A program made the translations under genes and the position numbers. Positions 9,867 to 19,876 of a stretch of DNA of 34,017 nt are shown here, one piece after another. The notes below the pieces were generated by a model. That model saw nothing but the letters and a program-made list of their open reading frames with translations, did not search any database and had not been told where the DNA came from. The stretch comes from Octopus bimaculoides (Eukaryota), in the NCBI RefSeq assembly GCF_001194135.2, contig NC_068988.1:37874351-37908367 (forward strand), read 5' to 3'. How positions within the stretch are numbered: the first letter of the stretch is position 1; the number at the start of each line of letters is the position of its first letter.

Positions 9867-10459
9867 NNNNNNNNNNNNNNNNNNNNNNNNNNNNNNNNNN
9901 NNNNNNNNNNNNNNNNNNNNNNNNNNNNNNNNNNNNNNNNNNNNNNNNNNNNNNNNNNNNNNNNNNNNNNNNNNNNNNNNNNNNNNNNNNNNNNNNNNNN
10001 NNNNNNNNNNNNNNNNNNNNNNNNNNNNNNNNNNNNNNNNNNNNNNNNNNNNNNNNNNNNNNNNNNNNNNNNNNNNNNNNNNNNNNNNNNNNNNNNNNNN
10101 NNNNNNNNNNNNNNNNNNNNNNNNNNNNNNNNNNNNNNNNNNNNNNNNNNNNNNNNNNNNNNNNNNNNNNNNNNNNNNNNNNNNNNNNNNNNNNNNNNNN
10201 NNNNNNNNNNNNNNNNNNNNNNNNNNNNNNNNNNNNNNNNNNNNNNNNNNNNNNNNNNNNNNNNNNNNNNNNNNNNNNNNNNNNNNNNNNNNNNNNNNNN
10301 NNNNNNNNNNNNNNNNNNNNNNNNNNNNNNNNNNNNNNNNNNNNNNNNNNNNNNNNNNNNNNNNNNNNNNNNNNNNNNNNNNNNNNNNNNNNNNNNNNNN
10401 NNNNNNNNNNNNNNNNNNNNNNNNNNNNNNNNNNNNNNNNNNNNNNNNNNNNNNNNNNN
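9867..10459. other. Assembly gap
   Basis: Run of N. Confidence 1.
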
Positions 10460-10526
10460 GTGGTCAGCGACCAGACCTGTGAGAGATCTGGAATCGAAGA
10501 CAACTACCGTCGTTAGATCAGGCTTG

Positions 10527-10663
10527 TTTATAGCTGAAATAGGGCTCACCGGAAACCCAGAAAAACTCTATCTCACGTGACCTTATCACAAAGCCACGAT
10601 TGGACGTAATCCACCCTTAGCAAGCAGAACATGGGGACAATTGCCGTGCAAATAATAACCAAT
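10527..10663 (-). promoter_or_regulatory. Pol II promoter-like motif cluster, possibly the U3 of an LTR starting at 10762
   Basis: Minus-strand order is CCAAT (10599-10603), GGTCACGTGA E-box (CACGTG 10574-10579), then TATAAA (10527-10532), with canonical spacing. A second CCAAT lies on + at 10659-10663. Motif match only. Confidence 0.4.
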
Positions 10664-10897
10664 CAGGATGGTGGACAGAAAGGTCCAAGGTAGCTGAAGG
10701 CTAGATGTTAGCAGCTTCGTTATCATTTATGATTGAATGCCCGAGGGAGAGGTTTCACTACAATAGCCTCACACCAGTCTTTGTGTCGAAGATAAAACAG
10801 ACGACACAGAAAAGTAATTGTAGTGAAAGGACTGGAAAAACGGTTGGTCCTAAAGCTGGCACAAAAATCGCCATTAAAGAGAAACTGCACGAACAGA

Positions 10898-10915
10898 ATA
10901 ACGTCGGGGTAACCA
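10898..10915 (-). other. Primer-binding site complementary to the tRNA-Trp 3' end
   Basis: TGGTTACCCCGACGTTAT matches 16/18 to the Trp PBS TGGTGACCCCGACGTGAT, recalled from avian leukosis/sarcoma viruses. It lies 3 nt downstream of an LTR-like end ...CCACTACA. Confidence 0.75.
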
Positions 10916-10918
10916 AAA

Positions 10919-11064
10919 TGTAGTGGAGTCACCAAAATGTGGTGGAGTAATGTTGTATGTTTGTGTTTGCGTGTGAGTAAACAAAGTGATAACTATGTTC
11001 AACTATAACATATTTTATTTGCTGCATTGAACTCTGGTGTTAGTAAATATTCTTCACCACTACA
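10919..11064 (-). mobile_element. Short LTR remnant (Ty3/Gypsy-like; TRIM-sized)
   Basis: Termini TGTAGTGG...CCACTACA form a perfect 8-bp inverted repeat. AATAAA on minus at 11014-11019. Adjacent Trp PBS. A 19-bp duplication spans the LTR/PBS junction. No gag is visible downstream. Confidence 0.6.
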
Positions 11065-11539
11065 TTAAATTTTGGCAACTTACTTTGAGTTGCTAGGAAA
11101 AATGAAACCAGGGTACATCTGTGGAGTTGATGTATCCGAAGACTAAATATGTTCGTGTGTGTATTTGTTCTTTCATCTTGCAGTAGTTCTCTCTCTCATT
11201 AGCGTGGCATGGCAAATCTCTGTGATAGTCGCGGAGCACTGGGTCAGTCTGTGGCGAATCACAGTCTCCCTCTCTCTCTCTCTGTCCTCCCTGCTAAATT
11301 CTCCTATCTATAAACATCAGGGGCTGCTAGAAGGATGGACATGCTGCAGCAGGTTTAGTACCTGAGTAGGTCAGTTGCTGTCCAGTTGAACTTCACTTGA
11401 CATCTATGAGGTTATAAGGTCGAGGGGAGGCTATCCATCATTTTTTTGACAGGACAAAGAAAACCTGATTTCGCGCCTGTTGCTCACAGTAAATCTGACG
11501 AGGAAGAATTCTTAGATTCGGTTTCGAATCTAAGCTTGG

Positions 11540-11780
11540 AGAAGGGAATGTTAGTTTTTACAAATTTATAGTGTATAGCTAATTCTTAATTTGAATATAT
11601 TTACAGACACTCCTATTGTTGTTTAGTTTATTTTCTTATGTTCTATTATAAAGCATAATTAAATAAACTATGCATTTTCTATCAAATAAACAGTATAATA
11701 TTTTTGAGGAGTAAGAGTTAACTGATTTTCACTGACTCCTAAAACTCAAAAATTGTCTTGACTCCAACTCCACAGCCCTA
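11540..11780. mobile_element. Terminal part of a probable hAT-type DNA transposon (one end only)
   Basis: Ends ...AAAATTGTCTTGACTCCAACTCCACAGCCCTA, which resembles the GGGCTGTGGAGTCGGAGTC termini I recall from some hAT elements. No convincing opposite end or TSD. Confidence 0.4.
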
Positions 11781-12015
11781 ATGTAAACACATCAACACTG
11801 GATGTGTCAAATGGTGGTGGGGATGGACAAACATAGACACAGACATGCACACACACACACACACACACACATGATGAGCTTCTTTCAGTTTACATCTGCC
11901 ACTCATAAAGCTTTGGTTGGCCCAAGGCTATAGTAGAAAACACCCAAGGTGCCACACAGTGGGACTGAACCAGGAACTATGCGGTTGGGAAGCAAACTCT
12001 TACCACACAGCCATG
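11781..12015 (-). mobile_element. tRNA-derived SINE, family A (head GGTTCAGTCCC, body GGCACCTTGGGCAAG)
   Basis: Reverse complement of the family-A copy at 15828-16150. Contains (CA)n at ~11847-11871. Confidence 0.85.
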
Positions 12016-13004
12016 CCTACAACTATGTTTTTTATACCACATGCACTCAGTCACACTCACTCACACTCACTCACTCTGATGACTACGCTCACTCTGACGA
12101 TCACACTCACTCACACTGTAATATACTTCCTATTCTTGCCAACCAGCATGGTGCTTGACCAGTGAAAATAGCAACCAAAGACACCTCTCTTATAGATCCA
12201 GTCCATTTCATTGTAACTACTAGTTACCCTATAAACTGTTTGTTTAGCTTGTAGTTTTGATTCACCACTGAAGCAAACCTTTTTCAGGGTGTTTATCTTT
12301 CCCCAAAATAACTGTGCATCCCTTTTTTATTCTATTTTTATTTTGTCATTGACTATTATTTGTCAAAGAATGTGACACCAGTTTGCTTTTCTACAAGATT
12401 TCTTTTGTTAATGTAAACTATTATGTTCATTATAAATAAATCATCAGTATTTTGTTATTAAACTTTAAATAAATGTTATTTGCTTTTTCAAACTATCTTT
12501 TATACCCCCACCGGTGATTTTTAAAAAAATTTTATTTATATATATATTTTTTTTTTATTTTTAATTATTTTGTTAATATACACTCATGTATGTGTGAGTT
12601 ATGTATTCTTGAAATAAATCTGTAACCACACTTTTTTATTTTTATTTTGTCTTTACTAATCATACTTCCATGGGAGGATTAGTAACAGAAGTAATTGGAT
12701 AATCTGCAAACAGTACTTTTTCTTTTCCTTCTTTCTCAGTTCAAATCCTGTGGAAATTGATGTTTACCATCCCTTGGGGATTAAGATGTTGTTTTAAAAC
12801 CATTTTAATGTTCAATCAGTTATATATTTCTTCAAAAATAGAGGTACATAATTGATTTTTTTCCAAGATTCTTTGGTTCTGATGCCTTTCCTCATTTTTT
12901 TTTTTCTGAACCAGAAGTGATCACCTTGGTCAACACAAATCTTTTAATCTTTTACATCAGTCATTAGACTGCTGCCATTTTTCAAAAGCTGTAGTCAAAT
13001 GAAT

Positions 13005-13300
13005 TTATGTTAGTACTTGTTTTTAAGCCTGATATTTATTTTATCGATCTCTTTTGCCGGACCACTAAGTAATGGATGTAAACACCAACATTAGTTGTCA
13101 AGCAGTGGTGAGGGTGGACACAGACACAAAGACACACAGACGTGATGGGCTGCTTTCAGTTTCCAGCTACCAAATCCTTTCAAAGCTTTGGTTGGTCCGA
13201 GGTTATAGTATAAAACACTTGTCCAAGGTGTGACACAATGGGACTGAACCTGGAACTATGGGGTTGAGAAGCAAACTCTTACCACACAGCCACGCCTGCA
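13005..13300 (-). mobile_element. SINE family A
   Basis: GGGACTGAACC head and CTTTCAGTTTCC body on +. It has the same downstream flank as the 11781-12015 copy. Confidence 0.85.
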
Positions 13301-13989
13301 CCTATTTTTTTGATACCACATTTTTTTTGTACAGTCACGCTCACTCACAGTCCTGCTCATACATGATCACACACACACACACACACGATCACATGCATAC
13401 TCACACATGATCTCACAATCATACACATTTGCATGTGATCACTCGCACACACTTCCAAAGACACTTCTCTTATTCATCCAGTCCATTTCATCGTAACTAG
13501 TAGAGTTACCCTATAAACTGTTCCATTAACTTGTAGTTTTGATTCACTTTTGGAGCAAGCCATTTTTAGAGTGTGTATCTTTCCCCCAAAAAACTGCATC
13601 CCATTTTTATTCTATTTTTATTTTGACATTGACTATTATTTGTCAAAGAATTTAACACCAGTTTGCTTTTCTGCTAGATTTCTTTTATTACTGCAAACTA
13701 TCATGTTCATTATAAATAAATCATCAGTATTTTGTTATTGTATTTTAAATAAATGTTCTTTTTATCTATATATATTATGTATTCTTGAAATAAATTGCTT
13801 TACATCTCCAACCAATCTCTTGTGTTTTTTCTTTTTTAATTATTTTTTATTCTGTCTTTACTAATTGTACTTCCATGGGAGGATTGGCAACAGAAATAAT
13901 TGGATAATCTTCAAACAGTACTTTGTTTTTCTTCTTCATTCTCAGTTTAAATCTTGTGGAACTTAATGTTTGCCATCATTTGGGGGCAA

Positions 13990-14281
13990 TAAGCCCAACA
14001 TTCGGTGGCACGTAAAAAGCATCCTTCAAACATTGGGCAATATGAGAAGACCCATCAGACTAAGTGAAATCATAATCATGGCTGATGCCAGTGGCATGTA
14101 AAAAGCACCCACTACTTGGAGTGGTTGATATTAGGAAAGGCATCCAGCTGTAGAGATCATGCCAAATAAGATTGGAACATGGTGCAGCTTAACAGTTTTC
14201 AGTCAAACCGTCCAACCCATACCAGCAAGGAAAATGGTCATTAAATGATGATGATGATGATTTTAAAACATTTTGATGTTA
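13990..14281 (+). mobile_element. Non-autonomous or 5'-truncated RTE-tail element (family D) with (GAT)n tail
   Basis: GGTGGCACGTAAAAAGCA repeats, GGCATCCAGCTGTAGA, CCAACCCATACCAGCA and a (TGA)n tail. Present in duplication copy 2 only. Shares the GGCAC..AAA.AGCACC motif with the RTE 3' UTR at 32417-32445. Confidence 0.8.
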
Positions 14282-14489
14282 GTTCAATCAGTTATATACT
14301 TCTTTGCAAATATGGATTCATCATTGATTTTCCAAAATCTTTGGTTCTGAAGCTTTTCCTGATTTAAAAAATTTTTAATTTCTTTTTTTCTTTTTTTTTA
14401 CATATATATATATTTCTGAACCAGAAGTGATCACCTTGATCAGCACACTCAGAGTTAAACAGATCTTTTGTCTCTTTTTTTAGTTGCTA

Positions 14490-14673
14490 GATTGCAGCCA
14501 TGCTGGGGCACCACCTTCAGGAATTTTAGTTGAATGAATTGATCCCAGTGCTTTTTTTCCCTAAGCTTGGTACTTATTCTCTTGATCACTCTCACCAAAC
14601 CACTAAGTTACAGGGACATAAACACACCAAATGTCAAAGCGGTGGTGATGGTGGTGGTGGGAGATGCACATAT

Positions 14674-14704
<31 letters not shown>

Positions 14705-14795
14705 CACCCAACAGGTTTCTTTCAGTTTCCATCTGCCATATCCACTCAAGGCTTTGGTCAGCCTGAGGCTGTTGTAGAAGACACTTGCTCAAGAC
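14490..14795 (-). mobile_element. SINE family A, head-truncated
   Basis: Tail GCCATGCTGGGGCACC, CTAAGTTACAGGGAC and body TTTCTTTCAGTTTCC..GCTTTGGTCAGCC. Confidence 0.8.
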
Positions 14796-14899
14796 ACTTT
14801 CCTGCTAAATGTATATAATTTGTTAAGACATGATGTCCTAGAATTGTCTGAAATAAAATCTCTTTATAGATTTGTGTAAAGGACACGTACGTATACACA

Positions 14900-15215
14900 G
14901 TTGAACAAATCGACCCCAGTACTTATTTTATATTTAAGTTTATTTATTATATCGGTCTCTTGCCGAACTGCTAAGTTACGGGGGCGTAAACAAACCAACA
15001 CCGGTTGTCAAACGGTGTCGGACACACGCACTATATATAGATAGATAGATACACAACTGACTTCCTTCAGTTTCCGTGTACCATATCTAGTCACAAGGCT
15101 TTGGTTAGCCGGAAGCTATAGAGGAAAATACTTACGTGTCTAAGGTGTTACGCAGTAGGTCTGAACCTGGAACCATGTGGTTGGAAAGCAAGCTTCTTAT
15201 CACACAGCTATGCTA
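14900..15215 (-). mobile_element. SINE family A
   Basis: TCGACCCCAGTACTTATTT, CTAAGTTACGGGG, CTTCAGTTTCCG, TGAACCTGGAACCATGTGGTTGG, CACACAGCTA. Confidence 0.85.
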
Positions 15216-15827
15216 GCTTATCTGTAGAAAATTACTTTAAAAAAAAATCTTTGTTTTTTTTTTTTTTTTTTTTTTTTGCCTGAAAGAAATAATAGCGGGA
15301 TGCGCACTCAAGTAAGTATGCTAGAAAAACATTTAACTATGAGGAAAAAAAAACCCGCAGAAATTGGGCGTAACAAAACTAGAGTAAAGCTACTTCGCGT
15401 CCACGAAGACAAGCAAGTCTGCTCTGACGCTATTTCTGTCTACACATTTCCACTAACAAAACACTGGACACGAGGGGATGACTTACCTAGTGTGGGGCTG
15501 AACCTGGAATCACGTGGCCGACAAACTAACTTCTCAGTATCCAACATCCCTCTCTACCTGTTACAACTTTAATATTTTTCCCATTTATCTTAATTTCGCT
15601 GATACTCTGAAGCTATGTTCATAGACTGTAGTTGAACTCGCAGTTATCTCCCTTGGACTTGCTGCACGGACTGATTCTTTTCGTATTAATCACAACGTGA
15701 TCACTCGATGTACAAGAATTACTAGTAGCTAAATACCTTTGAAATTACGTCTTACTGCCTTAAAAAGGACGAATTTGATAATGAGGTCTTAGATTGCACT
15801 GGCTAGCAAGAAAAGAAAAGAAAAAAG

Positions 15828-16150
15828 GTATAGCTGTGTGTTAAGAAGCGTGCTTCCCAACCATGATTTCCGGGTTCGGTCCCACTGCATGGCACCTTGG
15901 GCAAGTATCATCTATAACCTCGGGCTGACCAAATCCTTATGAACGGATTTGGTAGACGGAAACTGAAAGAAGCCCATCATATACATACATACGTGTATCT
16001 GTGTGTTTACGTCCCTGTAACTTGTCGGTTCGGCAAAAGAGACCAATAGAATAAGTACTAGACTTAGAAAATAAGTACCGGGGTCGATTTGTTTGACTAA
16101 ACCCCTTCAAGGCGGTGCTCCAGCAGTCAAATGACTGAAACAAGTAAAAG
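15828..16150 (+). mobile_element. SINE family A, near full length, with pol III A/B boxes
   Basis: TAGCTGTGTGTTAAG (A-box-like), GGTTCGGTCCC (B box 15873-15883), GGCACCTTGGGCAAG, GGAAACTGAAAGAAGCCC, tail GGCGGTGCTCCAGCA..GACTGAAACAAGTAAAAGAATA. Confidence 0.9.
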
Positions 16151-16239
16151 AATAATCATAGCTTGCTATTAATCACAGGTTTGCTTGGTGAGGGCTCACC
16201 CCAGGTTAATTAGCATGTAGTTTTTTTGTTTTTTTTTAT

Positions 16240-17090
16240 CTTACATTCCGTTAATTTTGTCCTCTTCTGTATATCAACGATCTACTTGCCGTCACGTTCA
16301 ACAACGCCGTCTCTTATACAGAGGATACAACCCTTCATTTCCCCATAAATTTTCCTAACTTTTTTTTATCCACGCCAAACCTACACACCACATGCTGAAC
16401 CTGCGCTGATTCTATGAACGGAGTACTCGAAAGAAGCCCCAGATGGGGTAATACACCAAATTTGTCTCTTTCAAAAACAAAGAAGCTCAAACACCACTCA
16501 AATCAAGACATCATCACACTACATCCCCCTTGATCATAAGTAGCACTCAACTAGAGCCCTCACGGTCACTGTAAATGTTAGGCACATCTTCAAAATATTT
16601 ACAGTGGTATTCCAAAGACTGACTCTTCTCTTCAAGGCCAAAAGATCATCCCACAAATACTGACACTCTACAAAGCAGAAAGCCCTGCAAAAAATGTATT
16701 ACTCCTACACCTGTTTCTGTCCTACTTCTGTTGCGCACAGAGACATCCTATAAGTGCATCATCCAGAGAAATGCCTTTAGACTGATTAACATAGCTACTC
16801 TAACATATTTCAGCCTCTGGACCACAGGCTCTCCTCTCTTCGCCTTTTCTACTGGTATTACAATAGCTTCTCTTCCTCGGGACTGACTGGTCTCATTTTA
16901 TTGTCACTCAGGTGCTCTCAACTGACTAGTCTTTCCTCTTCTCATCTTTCTTGTGTCCTACTGCTAAGGCTCTGCACTACCCACTATACTAATCCATTCC
17001 CCTTCAGAACGTTGGGCCTCTAAAATACTCTCCTTGCTCATATCTTTCTGATATATCATGGCTGCTGTTCCTTCTCCCAGTCACTAAAAA
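16240..17090 (+). pseudogene. CR1/L2-group non-LTR retrotransposon RT C-terminal relic (not in the ORF track)
   Basis: Manual translation: YINDLLAVTFNNAVSYTEDTTLH (16270 onward; YTED is a decayed YADD at 16315-16326), LTLYKA (16660-16677), IQRNAFRLIN (16761-16790), QPLDHR, SLRLFYWYYN. Confidence 0.75.
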
Positions 17091-17130
17091 ATAGCATTAA
17101 AAAGAAAGGATAAAATCTTTTCTACTGCAA

Positions 17131-17310
17131 AACACAGGGCCTCAAATTTGGAGGAAGGGATTAAGTCGATTATATCGACCCCCAGTGCGTAACTGATACT
17201 TATTTAATCGACCCTGAAAGGATGAAAGGCAGAGTCTACCCCGGCAGAATTTGAACTCAGAACGTAGCGACGGGCGAAATACCGCTAACGACTCAGCCAG
17301 CTTGCCGCCT
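17131..17310 (-). mobile_element. tRNA-derived SINE, family B (GAGTTCAAATTCCG..GTCGACTTTGCCTTTCATCC)
   Basis: GGATGAAAGGCAGAGTC..GAATTTGAACTCAGAACG..CAGCTTGCCGCCT is the reverse complement of the 25583-25800 copy. Confidence 0.85.
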
Positions 17311-17569
17311 TCGTAAGATAGGATAAAATAAAAATTATATCTGAAAATTAGCAGCGCAGTTGGTGGTGGAAATTTATGACCAAAGACAGGGACAAATACA
17401 CACCATGCAATGAGTCAATGAAGAGCCCTCTACGTAGTCACTCAGAAATATCAGCTAGATCTCTGCAAGTTATACCCCAAGGCAGCGGTTCCGAAGGTGT
17501 ACCTCGTCGCACCATTGGATTGCTGAGAGCTCTGCAATAATAATAATTATTATTATTATTTTTGAATTT

Positions 17570-17775
17570 TGACTCAAGGTTCGGAATTTTAAGGGAAAGG
17601 TAAGTCGATTACATAGGACAGCAGTACTCAACTGTTACTTATTCTATTGACTCTGATAGGATGAAAGGCAAAGTCGACCTCGGCAGAATTTGAATTGAAT
17701 GTAAAGAGTAGGAAGAAATGCCACTAACCATTTTTTTCCCCCGACATGCTAACAACCCTTCCAGCTCGCCGTCTT
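17570..17775 (-). mobile_element. SINE family B
   Basis: GATGAAAGGCAAAGTCGACCTCGGCAGAATTTGAA..CCAGCTCGCCGTCT. Confidence 0.85.
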
Positions 17776-18333
17776 TAATAACCGCTCAAATAAATACTGG
17801 GATCGATTTGTTCGAGGCGGTGCCCCAGCATGGCCACGGTATAACGATTGAAACAAGTGATGTATTGTGTTATCTCGACGTATTTAGTCTCGTCAGAAAA
17901 TTAGGCCTCAATAGCGCCTGTTTGGAATTTTAAAATGAAGCTCAAAACGTCAGTTATTGGGTCGGAAACGAAGGTAACATTGTAAATTAAGAATAAATTG
18001 GATGCTTTAATGGTGGGTTTTCGGTTTCAGAAAAGTATTTTAGCAGGCGAGTTAGATGTGAAGTATCTAGGACTCAATTATTTAAAGTGTCTTCCTTGTT
18101 AAAAGGATGGTAGGATTGTGATTGAGCAAATTTTGGTTGCTATTTTTAGCATGTCAAACGACATCGTTGACGCACGTAGCACTCATCGTTATTTATACAG
18201 CAGTTACATGTAATCTTCACTCTGTATCTAGGTGGCCTGATCAAGTTTGAATGAAGCGTCACTGACTGTGTAGACGGTTCGGTTCCACGGTTGGTATTCA
18301 ATTGAATGGACAAGATGTAAATATCTCTTACAG

Positions 18334-18607
18334 CAGAGCTACTCAAGGTGGTGGCCCGCGAGCCATCAGCTGCTGGTACGCGGCGAGTTTCCAGAAAAAG
18401 AAAAGAAACATTATTGTTTATGTAATATTGTATTATTTGTTTACAAAATGAATATAAGATTTTTAAAATTGTCAACCTTTATTATATTCATTATATATAT
18501 TGTTTCCAGTATAAATTAGTACTATTAAGAAATATTACCGGTCCCTGGCACATTGGAAAGAAGAAAAAACTGCCGGTAAGCCACATCAAATAGTTTGAGA
18601 AGCACTG
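18334..18607. mobile_element. hAT (Charlie-like) MITE, 274 bp, with a perfect 8-bp TSD
   Basis: TIRs CAGAGCTACTCAA / TTGAGAAGCACTG (11/13 complementary). TCTTACAG lies directly on both sides (18326-18333 and 18608-18615). Confidence 0.9.
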
Positions 18608-19061
18608 TCTTACAGAACAGTAAACATTAACATTAATCGGATTATCATTTCCAAGAGTTATATAAATATATTATAATAAATCATGTTGAAAACTATTTTC
18701 TATGGCCGTCAGTAATCTATGTAACAGTCATAACTATTTTAAGCTCTTGCTGGTTATTTTACACTGACTGATAGAAGTTGCAAACTGTGATTTTCTTAGG
18801 TGTAAAAAACAAAACTGAAAAGAAAACTATAAAAACGAATTTATGGGAGGTAACTTAATAAGGGACATAACTTCGGTTAAAAGTAAAGGTCGTTGGTGAG
18901 ATTTGATAAAGGTGTTCCAGCTATAACCATTCCGTCTTGTTATCGGAGAGTGCTTTTTTCTACCTGGTAGGACCACGTAGTCGTGATTTGGAAGAAGCGA
19001 TGAAGCTGATTTTAGCATACGCAGCCTTGACTGGAAATCCGTCGGTTACAACGGCGAAAGC

Positions 19062-19833
19062 GCCACGCTGTGGGACTGAGCGCAGTTGGAAAGCAAGCTT
19101 GTTACCACAACAGCCATGTTAGCTATTTCTTTTTTCCGGGAAAGCTTTATTTGAACAAAAGATAACATATGTAATTATATATATATATATTCTTTCCATC
19201 CTGCATGTGTAGTAGTGGCTGCAGATGTCTATAAATCAAGGTTTAAAAAAAAAAAAAAAGAATTTTAGAGTTCCGCTTTTCCGTATTTCCAGAATTGAGA
19301 CTGTGTCTTATCTTCCTTGTAAGGCTGCATGAAGGCGTGTGGTTGGGTGGTTAATGTATTCGGCTCGCGATCGTAAGGTCGTGAGCTCAATACCTGGCGG
19401 GGCATTGCGTTCTTGAGCAAGACACTTTATTTCATGCTGATTTTTCCAACTGGTGCTTATTTCATCAACGGAACAGCCTGCTTGTGAAATTAACGTGCAA
19501 GAGGCACTCCAAGCTCTCCACAGATACATGTACCCTTCACAGAGTTCTCATGGAGATTCAGTGTGGCAAGCCGACCCTTTGAAATACAGATACTACTCAT
19601 TTTTGCCAGCTGAGTGGACTGGAGCAACATGAAATAAAGTGTCTCGCTCAAGAACGCAATGCGCTGCCAGGTATTGAGCTCACGACCTTACGACCTTCAT
19701 GCAGCCTTACAAGGAAGATAAGACACAGTCTCAATCCTGAAAATACGGAAAAGCGGAACTCGAAAATTTATTTATTTATTTTTTAAACCTTGATTTATAG
19801 ACATCTGCAGCCACTACACATGCAGGATGGAAA

Positions 19834-19876
<43 letters not shown>

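Larger units (their letters stand above)
11880..14445. repeat. Diverged tandem duplication: copy 1 ~11880-12935, copy 2 ~13150-14445
   Basis: Unique AT-rich blocks recur in the same order (CCAGTCCATTTCAT, GACTATTATTTGTCAAAGAAT, TATGTTCATTATAAATAAATCATCAGTATTTTGTTATT, CTTCCATGGGAGGATT, TTCTGAACCAGAAGTGATCACCTTG). Roughly 80-85% identity by eye. Confidence 0.9.

Noticed and set aside
11318-11326. CAGGGCTGC as the left TIR partner of the 11780 transposon end
   Set aside because: Only 8 nt match and the flanking 8-mers (ATAAACAT vs ATGTAAAC) are not a TSD.
11917-12165. His/Thr/Ser-rich ORFs, and other short ORFs across 11-31 kb
   Set aside because: They derive from SINE sequence and TCAC/CA/TA simple repeats, with no recognisable domains or splice-supported structure.
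15828-15900. tRNA-like A/B boxes in SINE heads (also at 19335-19400 and 25583-25670)
   Set aside because: No complete cloverleaf or acceptor stem; they continue into SINE bodies, so they are not tRNA genes.
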